The notes under the pieces were generated by a model. That model worked only from the letters and a program-made list of their open reading frames with translations, was not told where the DNA came from and did no database searches. From Escherichia coli (GTDB lineage Bacteria; Pseudomonadota; Gammaproteobacteria; Enterobacterales; Enterobacteriaceae), in NCBI RefSeq assembly GCF_009931435.1, contig NZ_CP043414.1: 64,000 nucleotides of DNA, one strand, 5' to 3'. Within the stretch, counting starts at the first letter, position 1, and every line of letters begins with the position of its first letter. Positions 1 through 12,771 of this stretch are shown piece after piece. The translations under genes were made by a program, and so were the position numbers.

Positions 1-275
1 ACATGCTGCGCTCGGGAAAGCGTGCGTAGCAGAAGTCGTTGCCACAACGATCAGGCCAATCTGGTCTTTATCAATGCCCGCCATCTCAATTGCGCGTGTC
101 GCCGCTTCAAAGCCCATGGTTGAAACGGTTTCGTTTGGTGCAGCAATGTGGCGTTCGCGGATGCCGGTACGAGTGACAATCCACTCGTCAGAGGTATCCA
201 CCATTTTTTCCAAATCGGCGTTTGTCCGCACTTGTTCGGGCAGATAGCTGCCAGTACCAATAATCTTCGTATACA
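1..275 (-). CDS. fabH: 3-oxoacyl-ACP synthase III FabH, N-terminal ~91 codons; gene continues past the window start
   Basis: Minus-strand translation from ATG at 273-275 gives [34 protein letters not shown]...; lies downstream of plsX as in the fatty-acid operon. Not in the ORF track because it has no in-window stop. Confidence 0.9.
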
Positions 276-343
276 TGTACGCTCAGTCACTTTTCGGTTA
301 TATACCGTCACTTGCAAACTGCGAGTTCGCTGGCAGCGTCCTG

Positions 344-1414
344 CTACCGCAGAGTTCCGCTTTTGCCACCGTCCAGCAGCTCAAAACCAGCTGGGTATAC
401 AGATTCCAGGCGAGCGGCAATTCGCTGAGGAACTTGTCGCTGCACCGCCTGCACTGCCTGTTCAATCGCGACCGCAAAAGCTCGCTGATTGGCTGCACCA
501 TGACTTTTTATCACCGTGCCGCGCAATCCTAACAGACAGGCGCCGTTATACTGGTCGGGGTTGAGGTGACTGAATCGCCTCGTCAGGCTCTTTTGTAGCC
601 AACGCTTTAATAACAGTAGCCACCACGACCGTTTTTTCCCTTCACCCTGAGATTTCAGCAGAGAAAGGAACATCCTGACAACACCTTCCATCGTCTTTAA
701 TGTGACATTTCCTGTAAAGCCGTCACAAACCAGCACATCTGTCTTGCCAGTTAACAACTCATTGGCTTCAAGATAGCCGATATAATTGATAGAAGGGATT
801 GTTTTAAGCACTGCTGAGGCATCCCGAATACTGTCGAGACCCTTTACTTCTTCTTCACCAATATTGAGCAACGCCACGCGAGGATTGGGAATTTCCACCA
901 CCTCTTCAGCCAGAACTGAGCCCATAATGGCAAATTGCACCAACATTGTACTGTCACAATCGACGTTGGCCCCTAAATCGAGGACCACCGTTTTGCCCTT
1001 TTGCTGATGCGGTAATACCGTCACCAGCGCCGGACGCTCAATCCCCTCCAGGGGCTTGAGTAATAATTTTGCCAGCCCCATCAGCGCCCCGGTATTACCG
1101 GCACTGACACAGGCTTGCGCTCGACCTTCTTTCACCAGCTCCAGGGCCACGCGCATTGAACTCCCACGACTGGCGCGGATAGCTTGCGAAGGCCGGGCAT
1201 CACTGGCGATAACTGACTGCGCAGGAATAATCTGCAGACGCGAACGTTGTTCAAAGTCAGCTTTAGCAAGTAATGGCGTGATGGCGTCGGGATTGCCGAC
1301 TAAAAGAAGAGTGAGTTGCGAATTAGAATTCAGTGCCTGCAATGCTGCAGGCACTGTCACGGAAGGGCCAAAATCCCCTCCCATGACATCTAACGCCAGG
1401 GTTAGACGTGTCAA
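344..1414 (-). CDS. plsX: phosphate acyltransferase PlsX
   Basis: 356-aa [36 protein letters not shown]..., recognised as PlsX; sits between rpmF and fabH. Confidence 0.95.
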
Positions 1415-1494
1415 GGTATCGTCGCCGCCCGGTTTGGTCTTTCCCCAGTTGCCTGGGGAAAATCCTCACTAAGCTTCATCACGCAGACGCGTGA

Positions 1495-1680
<186 letters not shown>

Positions 1681-1719
1681 TCAATTACGGTTTATCCCCG
1701 ATCCAACGGGGAGCACCAA

Positions 1720-2253
<534 letters not shown>

Positions 2254-2276
2254 TTAACTTTGTAACGTCATAGAGT

Positions 2277-2445
2277 CAAAGAAAAAGGCAGCCTGTGGTT
2301 GCCTTTTGCCAATAATTCGCACACATTGCGGGTTACTGCTTTATTTTCGTTCAGTGCTGATAACGAACATCAACCTGCAAAACGAAGCGCATAGTTTAAA
2401 ATGGCTATCATCAATACGCTATATCTGATGGAAAAAAATATGCCT
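2277..2445 (-). ncRNA. sraB: possible SraB small RNA in the yceD leader region; approximate coordinates
   Basis: From memory, SraB maps between yceF and yceD, co-oriented with yceD. No boundary can be read from sequence alone. Confidence 0.25.
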
Positions 2446-3024
2446 AAACTTATTTTAGCCTCCACCTCGCCCTGGCGTCGCGCTCTTCTGGAAAAACTGC
2501 AAATCTCTTTTGAATGTGCAGAACCCGAGGTCGACGAAACCCCACGCAGCGACGAATCACCGCGACAGTTGGTGCTTCGACTGGCACAAGAAAAAGCGCA
2601 ATCTCTGGCGTCACGTTATCCGGATCATTTAATTATTGGTTCAGACCAGGTATGTGTTCTTGATGGCGAAATCACCGGTAAACCGTTAACGGAAGAAAAT
2701 GCCCGTCTGCAATTACGCAAAGCCAGCGGCAATATCGTCACCTTCTATACTGGACTGGCGTTGTTTAATTCGGCGAATGGGCATCTGCAAACAGAAGTGG
2801 AGCCTTTTGACGTCCATTTCCGTCACCTGAGCGAGGCGGAGATTGATAATTACGTGCGTAAGGAGCATCCCCTGCACTGCGCGGGTAGCTTTAAGAGTGA
2901 AGGATTTGGCATTACGCTGTTTGAGCGTTTAGAAGGGCGTGACCATAACACGCTGGTTGGTTTACCGCTAATCGCGCTGTGTCAGATGTTACGTCGGGAA
3001 GGGAAAAATCCGCTGATGGGATAG
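2440..3024 (+). CDS. yceF: Maf-like nucleotide pyrophosphatase YceF
   Basis: Track ORF 2401-3024 trimmed to internal ATG at 2440 ([21 protein letters not shown]...), giving 194 aa. Confidence 0.9.
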   Translation: MPKLILASTSPWRRALLEKLQISFECAEPEVDETPRSDESPRQLVLRLAQEKAQSLASRYPDHLIIGSDQVCVLDGEITGKPLTEENARLQLRKASGNIVTFYTGLALFNSANGHLQTEVEPFDVHFRHLSEAEIDNYVRKEHPLHCAGSFKSEGFGITLFERLEGRDHNTLVGLPLIALCQMLRREGKNPLMG

Positions 3025-3032
3025 TTTTTTAC

Positions 3033-3104
3033 GCCGGATGCAGGTATGTCGCATCCGGCAATCGGTGCTGGCGGCCTGATGCGGCGTAAACGCCTTATCA
3101 GGCC
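3033..3104. repeat. REP/BIME palindromic unit pair
   Basis: gccggatgcaggtatgtcgcatccggc followed by gcctgatgcggcgtaaacgccttatcaggcc between convergent yceF and rluC. Confidence 0.8.
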
Positions 3105-3135
3105 AACCGCCCATTATCAGGTTTATATGCTTGTA

Positions 3136-4095
3136 TTAGCGCGCGTTACGCAGCTTTTGCAAACAACGCTTCAAACCTTCATCCATCGGCGCTTCGATAC
3201 GCATCACCTCACCGGTTCCCGGATGGGTAAACTTCAACGCTGCGGCGTGCAGGAACAGACGATTTAATCCCGTGCCTGCTTCAGTGAGCTGTCTATCAAA
3301 TTCACGGTCACCGTAGCGATCGTCAAAGGCAATCGGATGACCCGCATACTGTGTATGCACACGGATCTGATGAGTACGCCCAGTTACCGGGCTACAACGC
3401 ACCAGGGTGGCAAATGCATAGCGTTCTTCCACTTTAAAGCGTGTTTCCGACGGTTTACCTTCCTGACTCACACGCACGATACGTTCGCCACTTTGCAGAA
3501 TATTTTTCAGCAACGGCGCTTGTACGCTCTTCACATGCGACTGCCACTGACCGCGCACCAGCGCCAGGTAATCTTTTTGCATCCCTTTTTCACGTAATTG
3601 CTCATGCAGAGAACGCAACGCCGAGCGTTTTTTCGCTACCAGCAACACACCGGAAGTGTCCCGGTCGAGACGATGTACCAGTTCAAGGAACCGCGCTTCC
3701 GGGCGCAACGCCCGTAAACCTTCGATAACGCCGAAGCTTAAACCACTGCCGCCATGTACTGCCGTACCGGAAGGTTTATTCAGCACCAGGATATGCTCAT
3801 CTTCATATAAGATGACGTCCGCCAGCGCCGCCACCTTTTGCAGATGTGGCGAAACCGCCTCCTCTTCACGTTCAGCAACGCGAACCGGTGGAATACGCAC
3901 CTCATCACCTGCTTCGAGTTTATATTCAGGCTTAATACGTTTTTTGTTCACCCGCACTTCGCCTTTACGCAAAATACGGTAAATCATACTTTTAGGTACG
4001 CCTTTCAATTGGGTACGCAAAAAGTTGTCGATACGTTGCCCCGCTTCGTCCGCGGTGATAGCAACAATTTTTACGGATGGAGTCTCTGTTTTCAT
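3136..4095 (-). CDS. rluC: 23S rRNA pseudouridine synthase RluC
   Basis: 319-aa ORF MKTETPSVKIVAITADEAGQRIDNFLRTQLKGV... with S4 and pseudouridine synthase motifs (HRLDRDTSG). Confidence 0.95.
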   Translation of the reverse strand: MKTETPSVKIVAITADEAGQRIDNFLRTQLKGVPKSMIYRILRKGEVRVNKKRIKPEYKLEAGDEVRIPPVRVAEREEEAVSPHLQKVAALADVILYEDEHILVLNKPSGTAVHGGSGLSFGVIEGLRALRPEARFLELVHRLDRDTSGVLLVAKKRSALRSLHEQLREKGMQKDYLALVRGQWQSHVKSVQAPLLKNILQSGERIVRVSQEGKPSETRFKVEERYAFATLVRCSPVTGRTHQIRVHTQYAGHPIAFDDRYGDREFDRQLTEAGTGLNRLFLHAAALKFTHPGTGEVMRIEAPMDEGLKRCLQKLRNAR

Positions 4096-4306
4096 GGTGG
4101 GCGATTCTAATTAGCCAACAGGATTCGCGCCACTCATTTTTCTATGCTTATATTTAGTTTTGCACCTTATTACTCCACTACGTCATCACTTTATTGATGG
4201 TTATTAAACCAATCACCATTAAGAAGTGAAAAAACTGTGAGTAAGCGGGTGATAAATGGTAAAAGTCATCTTGCTATAACAAGGCTTGCAGTGGAATAAT
4301 GAGAAC

Positions 4307-4667
4307 GTTTCCGTGTCCATCCTTGTTAAAACAAGAAATTTTACGGAATAACCCATTTTGCCCGACCGATCATCCACGCAGCAATGGCGTAAGACGTATT
4401 GATCTTTCAGGCAGTTAGCGGGCTGCGGGTTGCAGTCCTTACCGGTAGATGGAAATATTTCTGGAGAGTAATACCCAGTCTGTTTCTTTGATAATTGCGC
4501 TGTTTTTCCGCATGAAAAACGGGCAACCGACACTCTGCGCCTCTTTGAGCTGACGATAACCGTGAGGTTGGCGACGCGACTAGACACGAGGCCATCGGTT
4601 CACACCCGGAAAGGCGTTACTTTGCCCGCAGCTTAGTCGTCAATGTAAGAATAATGAGTAAGTTACG
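4307..4667 (+). promoter_or_regulatory. long rne 5' leader (autoregulatory UTR) and promoter region
   Basis: About 570 bp of non-coding sequence precedes the rne ATG; rne is known to have a ~361-nt structured leader. Boundaries estimated, not read from sequence. Confidence 0.5.
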
Positions 4668-7600
4668 ATGAAAAGAATGTTAATCAACGCAACTCAGCAG
4701 GAAGAGTTGCGCGTTGCCCTTGTAGATGGGCAGCGTCTGTATGACCTGGATATCGAAAGTCCAGGGCACGAACAGAAAAAGGCAAACATCTACAAAGGTA
4801 AAATCACCCGCATTGAACCGAGTCTGGAAGCTGCTTTTGTTGATTACGGCGCTGAACGTCACGGTTTCCTCCCACTAAAAGAAATTGCCCGCGAATATTT
4901 CCCTGCTAACTACAGTGCTCATGGTCGTCCCAACATTAAAGATGTGTTGCGTGAAGGTCAGGAAGTCATTGTTCAGATCGATAAAGAAGAGCGCGGCAAC
5001 AAAGGCGCGGCATTAACCACCTTTATCAGTCTGGCGGGTAGCTATCTGGTTCTGATGCCGAACAACCCGCGCGCGGGTGGTATTTCTCGCCGTATTGAAG
5101 GCGACGACCGTACCGAATTAAAAGAAGCACTGGCAAGCCTTGAACTGCCGGAAGGCATGGGGCTTATCGTGCGCACCGCTGGCGTCGGCAAATCTGCAGA
5201 GGCGCTGCAATGGGATTTAAGCTTCCGTCTGAAACACTGGGAAGCCATCAAAAAAGCCGCTGAAAGCCGCCCTGCTCCATTCCTGATTCATCAGGAGAGC
5301 AACGTCATCGTTCGCGCATTCCGCGATTACTTACGTCAGGACATCGGCGAAATCCTTATCGATAACCCGAAAGTGCTCGAACTGGCGCGTCAGCATATCG
5401 CTGCATTAGGTCGCCCGGATTTCAGCAGCAAAATCAAGCTGTACACTGGTGAAATTCCGCTGTTCAGCCACTACCAGATCGAGTCGCAGATCGAGTCCGC
5501 CTTCCAGCGTGAAGTTCGTCTGCCATCCGGTGGTTCCATTGTTATCGACAGCACCGAAGCGTTAACAGCCATCGACATCAACTCCGCACGCGCGACCCGC
5601 GGCGGCGATATCGAAGAAACCGCGTTTAACACCAACCTCGAAGCTGCCGATGAGATTGCTCGTCAGCTGCGCCTGCGTGACCTCGGCGGCCTGATTGTTA
5701 TCGACTTCATCGACATGACGCCAGTACGCCACCAGCGTGCGGTAGAAAACCGTCTGCGTGAAGCGGTGCGTCAGGACCGTGCACGTATTCAAATCAGCCA
5801 TATTTCTCGCTTTGGCCTGCTGGAAATGTCCCGTCAGCGCCTGAGCCCATCATTGGGTGAATCCAGCCATCACGTCTGCCCGCGCTGCTCCGGTACCGGC
5901 ACCGTGCGTGACAACGAATCCCTGTCGCTCTCTATTCTGCGTCTGATTGAAGAAGAAGCGCTGAAAGAGAACACTCAGGAAGTGCATGCCATTGTTCCTG
6001 TACCAATCGCTTCTTACCTGCTGAACGAAAAACGCTCTGCGGTAAATGCCATTGAAACTCGTCAGGACGGCGTGCGCTGTGTGATTGTGCCAAACGATCA
6101 GATGGAAACCCCGCACTACCATGTGCTGCGCGTGCGCAAAGGGGAAGAAACCCCAACCTTAAGCTACATGCTGCCGAAGCTGCATGAAGAAGCGATGGCG
6201 CTGCCGTCTGAAGAAGAGTTCGCTGAACGTAAGCGTCCGGAACAACCTGCGCTGGCAACGTTTGCCATGCCGGATGTGCCGCCAGCGCCAACCCCAGCTG
6301 AACCTGCCGCGCCTGTCGCAGCCCCAGCACCTAAAGCTGCATCAACAACACCAGCAACTCCTGCACAACCTGGGCTGTTGAGCCGCTTCTTCGGCGCACT
6401 GAAAGCGCTGTTCAGCGGTGGTGAAGAAACCAAACCGACCGAGCAACCGGCACCGAAAACTGAAACGAAACCGGAACGTCAACAGGACCGCCGTAAGCCA
6501 CGTCAGAACAACCGTCGTGACCGAAATGAACGCCGCGACACACGTAGCGAACGTAATGAAGGCAGCGATAATCGCGAAGAAAACCGCCGTAATCGTCGCC
6601 AGGCACAGCAGCAGACTGCCGAGACGCGTGAGAGCCGTCAGCAGGCTGAGGTAACGGAAAAAGCGCGTACCACCGACGAGCAGCAAGCGCCGCGTCGTGA
6701 ACGTAGCCGCCGCCGTAATGATGATAAACGTCAGGCGCAACAAGAAGCGAAAGCGCTGAATGTTGAAGAGCAATCTGTTCAGGAAATCGAACAGGAAGAA
6801 CGTGTACGTCCGGTTCAGCCGCGTCGTAAACAGCGCCAGCTGAATCAGAAAGTGCGTTACGAGCAAAGCGTAGCCGAAGAAACGGTAGCCGCACCAGTGG
6901 TTGAAGAAACTGCCGCTGCCGAAACCATCGTTCAGGAAGTGCCTGCTCCGCGTACAGAACTGGCGAAAGTCCCGCTGCCAGTCGTAGCGCAAACTGCGCC
7001 GGAACAGCAGGAAGAGAACAATGCTGATAACCGTGATAACGGTGGCATGCCGCGTCGCTCTCGCCGCTCGCCTCGTCACCTGCGCGTAAGTGGTCAGCGT
7101 CGTCGTCGCTATCGTGACGAGCGTTATCCGACCCAGTCGCCAATGCCGTTAACCGTAGCGTGCGCGTCTCCGGAACTGGCCTCTGGCAAAGTCTGGATCC
7201 GCTATCCGATTGTACGTCCGCAAGATGTACAGGTTGAAGAGCAGCGCGAACAGGAAGAAGTACAAGTGCAACCGATGGTGACTGAGGTCCCTGTCGCCGC
7301 CGCTGTCGAACCTGTTGTTAGCGCGCCGGTTGTTGAAGAAGTGGCTGAAGTCGTAGAAGCCCCCGTTCAGGTTGCCGAACCGCAACCGGAAGTGGTTGAA
7401 ACGACGCATCCTGAGGTGATTGCCGCCGCGGTAACTGAACAGCCGCAGGTGATTACCGAGTCTGATGTTGCCGTAGCCCAGGAAGTTGCAGAACACGCAG
7501 AACCGGTGGTTGAACCGCAGGAAGAGACGGCTGATATTGAAGAAGTTGCCGAAACTGCTGAGGTTGTGGTTGCTGAACCTGAAGTTGTTGCTCAACCTCC

Positions 7601-7853
7601 CGCGCAAATCGTCGCTGAAGTCGCAGCAGAAGTTGAAACGGTAGCCGCTGTTGAACCTGTATTAGCTGTTGAGCATAACCACGCTACCGCGCCAATGACG
7701 CGTGCTCCGGCTCCGGCATATGTTCCGGAGGCACCGCGTCACAGTGACTGGCAGCGCCCTGCTTTTACCTTCGAAGGTAAAGGTGCTGCAGGTGGTCATA
7801 CGGCAACGCATCATGCATCTGCCGCGCCTGCGCGTCCGCAACCTGTTGAGTAA
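4668..7853 (+). CDS. rne: ribonuclease E
   Basis: 1061-aa [64 protein letters not shown]...; catalytic N-terminal half followed by Arg-rich and acidic low-complexity scaffold. Confidence 0.97.
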   Translation: MKRMLINATQQEELRVALVDGQRLYDLDIESPGHEQKKANIYKGKITRIEPSLEAAFVDYGAERHGFLPLKEIAREYFPANYSAHGRPNIKDVLREGQEVIVQIDKEERGNKGAALTTFISLAGSYLVLMPNNPRAGGISRRIEGDDRTELKEALASLELPEGMGLIVRTAGVGKSAEALQWDLSFRLKHWEAIKKAAESRPAPFLIHQESNVIVRAFRDYLRQDIGEILIDNPKVLELARQHIAALGRPDFSSKIKLYTGEIPLFSHYQIESQIESAFQREVRLPSGGSIVIDSTEALTAIDINSARATRGGDIEETAFNTNLEAADEIARQLRLRDLGGLIVIDFIDMTPVRHQRAVENRLREAVRQDRARIQISHISRFGLLEMSRQRLSPSLGESSHHVCPRCSGTGTVRDNESLSLSILRLIEEEALKENTQEVHAIVPVPIASYLLNEKRSAVNAIETRQDGVRCVIVPNDQMETPHYHVLRVRKGEETPTLSYMLPKLHEEAMALPSEEEFAERKRPEQPALATFAMPDVPPAPTPAEPAAPVAAPAPKAASTTPATPAQPGLLSRFFGALKALFSGGEETKPTEQPAPKTETKPERQQDRRKPRQNNRRDRNERRDTRSERNEGSDNREENRRNRRQAQQQTAETRESRQQAEVTEKARTTDEQQAPRRERSRRRNDDKRQAQQEAKALNVEEQSVQEIEQEERVRPVQPRRKQRQLNQKVRYEQSVAEETVAAPVVEETAAAETIVQEVPAPRTELAKVPLPVVAQTAPEQQEENNADNRDNGGMPRRSRRSPRHLRVSGQRRRRYRDERYPTQSPMPLTVACASPELASGKVWIRYPIVRPQDVQVEEQREQEEVQVQPMVTEVPVAAAVEPVVSAPVVEEVAEVVEAPVQVAEPQPEVVETTHPEVIAAAVTEQPQVITESDVAVAQEVAEHAEPVVEPQEETADIEEVAETAEVVVAEPEVVAQPPAQIVAEVAAEVETVAAVEPVLAVEHNHATAPMTRAPAPAYVPEAPRHSDWQRPAFTFEGKGAAGGHTATHHASAAPARPQPVE

Positions 7854-7871
7854 TAATTAGCTCAAGTAATC

Positions 7872-7902
7872 AAGCCCTGGTAACTGCCAGGGCTTTTTTA
7901 TT
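7872..7902 (+). terminator. intrinsic terminator after rne
   Basis: agccctggtaactgccagggc stem-loop followed by ttttttattt, in the convergent rne/flgL gap. Confidence 0.7.
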
Positions 7903-8047
7903 TCATCTTTAAATCAACATATTAAAATTCATCGAATGGCATCCTTGCTAACCAACAATACAAAATAGGCAAAAAAATGCCCGCCCCGGCGATCCCAGAG
8001 CAGGCAGACAAAACATACCCAGTTTCATGATATGTTTTAAAGCGAGC

Positions 8048-9001
8048 TTATTTGTTGAGCTGGAACAGCGACAATCCCTGCATATCGGTAAATGCTTTAT
8101 ACGATGCCTGCAATGCCGTTTGCTGCATGATGTAAGATGAAATAGTTGCATTCCAGTCCACATCAACCAGATCGCTCATCTGCTGCGTTTGCCCTAAAGC
8201 GCGATCGCTACCTAATGAATCCAGCGACTCCAGTTCGTTCAGCTGCGTGCCTAATTCCGCGCGAACGGTCAGCACATTATTCAGCGAATTTTTCAGTCCG
8301 CGGTTGGTTTTATCCAGTGTCGCAGCGGCGGTTTCTTTATCCGCTTCGCTATCCGCGACCGGCGTTTTCAGGGCTGCGATGGCGCTATCCAGCATGGCAA
8401 AAAGATTGGTTTCAGAAGCGCTACCGTCTGGTTCCGCTACCGCGTTGCTGGTAATACTGTCGAAAATTTTGTCACCCGTGTGCCCTATCACCATCGAACG
8501 CGAAGCATCGACCTGTTGTTTAATACTTTCTGCTCCGCCAACATATTCGCCGTCTGCCTCACTAAACGGCGCAGTTTCTGTTTTATAACCGGCAAAAATG
8601 TAGCGCCCGTTACCGTCAGTGGTGTTCGCCAGATTCAGCAACTGGTCACGAAGCCCCTGAATATCCGTAGCCAGTGAGGCCCGGTCATCGTCACTCAAGG
8701 TGCCATTGCTGGCGTAGACAATTTTTTCCTGAGCATTCTGGATAGCAGTGGTGACCTGGCTAAGCACACTCTCTTCCAGTGACACTTTTTGAGTGGCGAA
8801 AGTACGCGCCAGCGTGTACTGACTGTTTTGCGCCTGTGCCTGGGAGAGAACAACAGCTTGTGATGCAGCAATGGGATCATCTGAAGGGTTAACGACTCGC
8901 TTACCCGTCGACATCTGTTCGCCGTACTTCATCCATTCTGCCTGAGAATTGGTGATGCCACGCATGTTTTGCTGGTACATCATCTGGGTACTGAAACGCA
9001 T
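8048..9001 (-). CDS. flgL: flagellar hook-associated protein 3 FlgL
   Basis: 317-aa ORF MRFSTQMMYQQNMRGITNSQAEWMKYGEQ...; last gene of the flgB-L series. Confidence 0.95.
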   Translation of the reverse strand: MRFSTQMMYQQNMRGITNSQAEWMKYGEQMSTGKRVVNPSDDPIAASQAVVLSQAQAQNSQYTLARTFATQKVSLEESVLSQVTTAIQNAQEKIVYASNGTLSDDDRASLATDIQGLRDQLLNLANTTDGNGRYIFAGYKTETAPFSEADGEYVGGAESIKQQVDASRSMVIGHTGDKIFDSITSNAVAEPDGSASETNLFAMLDSAIAALKTPVADSEADKETAAATLDKTNRGLKNSLNNVLTVRAELGTQLNELESLDSLGSDRALGQTQQMSDLVDVDWNATISSYIMQQTALQASYKAFTDMQGLSLFQLNK

Positions 9002-9012
9002 TTTATCTCCCC

Positions 9013-10656
9013 TTAGCGAATGTTAATCAGCGCATCAAAAATCGCGTTTGCCGTCTGCAGAACCTGCGCATTCGCCAGGTAATACTGCTGAAAACGTTGC
9101 AAATTTCCGTACTCCTCATCGAGATTGACACCGGAAATCGACTGCTGCTGATTGGAAAGCTGCGTCACCACATTACCTTGCGTGGCGCTACTGGTTTTCA
9201 ACGTCGCGGTTTTATTACCGATATCACTCACTAACGATGCATAAGCATCGTTAAAGGATTTCGCACCGCCCACCGTTTTACTGTTGCTTTGCAGATCCAG
9301 CAGGGCCTGACCGTTGCGGTTGTCGCTATCACCCGCATCTTCTTCGCTCGCCATGGCGATTTTCGCTTCGTCAGTGATTAATACATCCATGTTGACGATG
9401 GCGTCACTTACCGGTTTCAGCGTGAAGCTGTCGTTAACGGCAGGCGTTCCTGTAAACGTCAACTCCAGACCATCAAATGCCACTTTACCGTTGGCATCCG
9501 GCGCCACCGTAAAAGTGGTATTGCTGGCAAGGCGGGTGACCTGCCACTGATTATTATCGAACGAGATTTTGTAATCTGTCGCCAGTACCGCGGAGGCATC
9601 AGTTACCGTTGCACCGATCGCAACGCCACCATTGTTGTTAGTATTTTGCAGAACCGCGGGCTTACCGATAGCAAAGAAATCCTCCCCTTCTTTACCATTG
9701 GCATCATACCCCTTGTTATGTTGGGCATTGAAAGCCTCGGCAAATGCCAGCGCCAGTTGTCCGAGCGTATTACGCGTCTGGTCGAGATCCTGAGAACGAA
9801 ATGTCAGAATACCGCCCAGTGACCCGGTATTCAGCAATTTCTCCGGGATCTCAAGATTGCCCGCAGTCCCATCAACATAAGCGACAGTCGTACGAGAAGG
9901 GTCGGCGCTGGAAGGAACTGCCGCCAGCTGCCGCGCCGTACTACCCTGAACCAGTGAGTAGCCATTGGCCATCGTGATGTTATAAGTGCCACCATCCTGA
10001 ACGCTGACTTCTACGCCAACAATCTGGTTTAATTCGCTCACCAGTTGATCGCGTTGATCCAGCAGATTGTTAGGTGACGCCCCTGCCCCCACGCCTGTCA
10101 GGCGGGAGATCTGATCGTTCAGGCTGGCGATTTGTTTAGCGTAATTGTTGATCTGATCAACGCTGGCACCTATCGCGATATTGACCTGTTTGTCCTGGTC
10201 GCGCAGATATTGATCGGTGGTTTTAAACTGATTCACCAACCCTTCTGATTTCCCAATCAGCGCCTGGCGTGCTGCCGGGTCTTCCGCGTTACTTACCAGC
10301 GTTTGCAGGCTGGTGAAGAAATCCTGCATCTGTGTTGCCAGCGAAGAGGTACTGGTGGAGAGCATATTGTCGATTTTCGACATCTGCTCATAGCGGGCAG
10401 TCAGGCCGCTACTTTGCGTCTGCGCAGCACGTAACTGGTTGGTAATAAACGCATCATACTCACGCTGCACACCAGAAACGTAGACGCCATTGCCAACCCA
10501 GCCACCCGCGCCCAACGTGCTGTTGGCCTGCGCCATAATAGTGGTTTGGCGGGTATATCCGGCAACGTTATAGCTGGAAATATTATTACTTGCCGTATTT
10601 AACGCCGCCTGAGCCGCGTTCAGTCCGCTCATGGCGTTATTGATCAAGCTGGACAT
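9013..10656 (-). CDS. flgK: flagellar hook-associated protein 1 FlgK
   Basis: 547-aa ORF MSSLINNAMSGLNAAQAALNTASNNISSYNVAGYTRQ... Confidence 0.95.
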   Translation of the reverse strand: MSSLINNAMSGLNAAQAALNTASNNISSYNVAGYTRQTTIMAQANSTLGAGGWVGNGVYVSGVQREYDAFITNQLRAAQTQSSGLTARYEQMSKIDNMLSTSTSSLATQMQDFFTSLQTLVSNAEDPAARQALIGKSEGLVNQFKTTDQYLRDQDKQVNIAIGASVDQINNYAKQIASLNDQISRLTGVGAGASPNNLLDQRDQLVSELNQIVGVEVSVQDGGTYNITMANGYSLVQGSTARQLAAVPSSADPSRTTVAYVDGTAGNLEIPEKLLNTGSLGGILTFRSQDLDQTRNTLGQLALAFAEAFNAQHNKGYDANGKEGEDFFAIGKPAVLQNTNNNGGVAIGATVTDASAVLATDYKISFDNNQWQVTRLASNTTFTVAPDANGKVAFDGLELTFTGTPAVNDSFTLKPVSDAIVNMDVLITDEAKIAMASEEDAGDSDNRNGQALLDLQSNSKTVGGAKSFNDAYASLVSDIGNKTATLKTSSATQGNVVTQLSNQQQSISGVNLDEEYGNLQRFQQYYLANAQVLQTANAIFDALINIR

Positions 10657-10685
10657 GGAGGTTCCTTATAAGCCTTCAATTACAG

Positions 10686-10722
10686 AGTATTATCGGCAGC
10701 GACACGCCGGACTTGAGTTATT
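10686..10722 (-). promoter_or_regulatory. candidate sigma-28 (class 3) promoter for flgKL
   Basis: Minus strand reads ...tcaagtccggcgtgtcgctGCCGATAAtactc; the GCCGATAA -10 motif lies about 35 nt upstream of the flgK ATG. The -35 match is imperfect. Confidence 0.4.
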
Positions 10723-11663
10723 CAGAACAGATTATCAATGTTCATGCTGTAGGTTTTGCTCACCTTGTCGCTTATCGATTTCATCTGCTGAATCATGCTG
10801 GTGAGTTTGCGGGCATAGTGAGGATCGGTGGCATAGCCCGCGTCCTGTAGGGCCTGCGCCCCCTGCTCCGCACTCGCGGCGGTCGTCACGGCAGCGTAGC
10901 GCGGGTTACGTGTTAATAGCCCAACGTAATCCGACAATGCTTCCAGATACGAGCTGTAGACCCGAAACTTCGCTTTTACTTTCTTCGCTTCGCCATTTTC
11001 ATATTCAGTCGTGGTGATTTCAGTGACTGGCCCTTTCCAGTTGCCAGAGGCTTTGACGCCAAACAGGTTATAGCTCGGCTCGCCGTTTTCACGGCGGATT
11101 TGCCGTTGTCCCCAGCCAGATTCCAGCGCCGCCTGAGCGAGGATCAAATGATGTGGCACACCGCTTTGCTGGCTTGCCAGTTGGGCGGGCAACGAGAGTT
11201 GCGCGAGGAATGCTTTACTGTCACCCGGCAGCGAATCATCGTAGTTACGTGGTACGGCCTTTTGCACCAGCTGCGAAAGCGTCTGATTTTGATAACGCAC
11301 CACGGTTTCGAGCGGGAATTTCATCGGTGCTGCTGGCGTGGACTCCTCTGGCGATGGTTGTTCTGGCGTCATCTGTTTAACCATCATCTCTGCCAGCCCC
11401 AGACCTTTGCCCGCCGTCATCTGTTGGGCAATCTGCTGGTCATACATACTGGTATACAGGCGAGTGTGCTCGCTGCTGAACAGGCCATCTTTTGGTAAAG
11501 CGTCGCGCATGCTTTTCAACATCATCTGCACGAACATCCCTTCCACCTGGCGGGCCACCGGACGGATATTTGCCGCCGGATCTTCGCCCGCTTTCGCCTT
11601 AAGTTCGTTGAGCGATTGTGCATCCCAGGCCGCACTTGCCAGTAGTTTGCTGTCGCTGATCAT
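10722..11663 (-). CDS. flgJ: flagellar rod assembly protein / muramidase FlgJ
   Basis: Track ORF trimmed to ATG at 11661-11663 ([22 protein letters not shown]...), 313 aa; the start overlaps the flgI stop as ATGA. Confidence 0.92.
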   Translation of the reverse strand: MISDSKLLASAAWDAQSLNELKAKAGEDPAANIRPVARQVEGMFVQMMLKSMRDALPKDGLFSSEHTRLYTSMYDQQIAQQMTAGKGLGLAEMMVKQMTPEQPSPEESTPAAPMKFPLETVVRYQNQTLSQLVQKAVPRNYDDSLPGDSKAFLAQLSLPAQLASQQSGVPHHLILAQAALESGWGQRQIRRENGEPSYNLFGVKASGNWKGPVTEITTTEYENGEAKKVKAKFRVYSSYLEALSDYVGLLTRNPRYAAVTTAASAEQGAQALQDAGYATDPHYARKLTSMIQQMKSISDKVSKTYSMNIDNLF

Positions 11664-12760
11664 CAGATGATTTCCAGTTTTGCCCGCAGACATCCCGCAC
11701 TTTGCATTGATTGCAGTATGGACATCAGATCCATCGGCGTAGCGCCCAGCGCATTGAGCGCACGCACCACGTTATTGAGGCTGGCGCTGGAACGTACGCT
11801 TTGCAGCGAACCGCCGCTCTGGCGTAAATCGATCTGCGTCTGTGGAGTAACCACAGTCTGCCCGCCACCAAACGGTGTATCTGGCTGGCTGACATTGGCC
11901 TGCCGATTTACCGTAACCGAGAGATTCCCCTGCGCTACCGCGCAGCTGTCGAGGGTCACTTCGCGATTCATCACCACCGAACCAGTGCGCGAGTTAATCA
12001 CTACTTTAGCGTCCTGCGGGGAGACATTAACCTGCATATTCTGGATATCGGCAAGGAAACGGACCTGGGAACTGTTGCCACTCGGTACGCGCACCTGAAT
12101 AGTCCGCGCATCTAACGCGGTGGCGCTGCCATATCCACGCACGCGGTTGATGGTGTCAGCGATTTGCTGCGCCATACTGAAATCTTCGTCGTTAAGTTGC
12201 AAATTAAGGGTATTCCCGACGCCAAACTGGCTGGGCAATTCACGTTCAATAACCGCACCATTGGTGATCCGTCCACCGTTCAGTTGGTTCACCTGAACAC
12301 TGCTACCGCCAGCGGAGGCCCCTGCGCCGCCAACCAGAATATTGCCCTGTGCCAGCGCATACACCTGACTGTCAACGCCCTTAAGCGGTGTCATCAATAA
12401 CGTACCGCCACGCAGACTTTTGGCATTTCCCATGGAAGAAACCACCACGTCAATGGTTTGCCCCTGACGTCCAAACGGTGGAAGTGACGCCGTCACCATT
12501 ACCGCAGCGACGTTTTTTAGCTGCATATTAGTGCCCGTCGGAACGGTAATTCCCAGCTGTGAGAGCATGTTATTAAGCGTTTGTGTGGTAAACGGCGTCT
12601 GAGTTGTCTGGTCACCGGTGCCATCCAGCCCCACCACCAGGCCATAGCCAATCAGTGAGTTTTGCCTTACCCCCTGAACACTGGTGAGATCGCGAATACG
12701 CTCAGCCTGAGCTGCCGTGATAACCAGTAGAAGAATTAATGCAGAGAGAAATTTAATCAC
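11663..12760 (-). CDS. flgI: flagellar P-ring protein FlgI
   Basis: ORF (M)[30 protein letters not shown]...; two consecutive GTG codons at the 5' end, the second chosen to give 365 aa. Signal peptide present. Confidence 0.92.
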   Translation of the reverse strand: MIKFLSALILLLVITAAQAERIRDLTSVQGVRQNSLIGYGLVVGLDGTGDQTTQTPFTTQTLNNMLSQLGITVPTGTNMQLKNVAAVMVTASLPPFGRQGQTIDVVVSSMGNAKSLRGGTLLMTPLKGVDSQVYALAQGNILVGGAGASAGGSSVQVNQLNGGRITNGAVIERELPSQFGVGNTLNLQLNDEDFSMAQQIADTINRVRGYGSATALDARTIQVRVPSGNSSQVRFLADIQNMQVNVSPQDAKVVINSRTGSVVMNREVTLDSCAVAQGNLSVTVNRQANVSQPDTPFGGGQTVVTPQTQIDLRQSGGSLQSVRSSASLNNVVRALNALGATPMDLMSILQSMQSAGCLRAKLEII

Positions 12761-12771
12761 CACAGCCTCAC

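Noticed and set aside
4219-4587. 122-aa minus-strand ORF antisense to the rne leader (corresponds to the dubious K-12 yceQ call)
   Set aside because: It overlaps the rne promoter and 5' UTR, has no recognisable domain, and its composition looks non-coding. I treat it as a probable annotation artefact rather than a supported gene.
6342-7607. Long antisense ORFs (245, 243 and 152 aa) on the minus strand inside the 3' half of rne
   Set aside because: They lie entirely within the recognised RNase E reading frame. Their translations are low-complexity Arg/Leu/Phe-rich strings typical of the reverse frame of a GC- and purine-biased repetitive coding region. No start context or independent evidence supports them.
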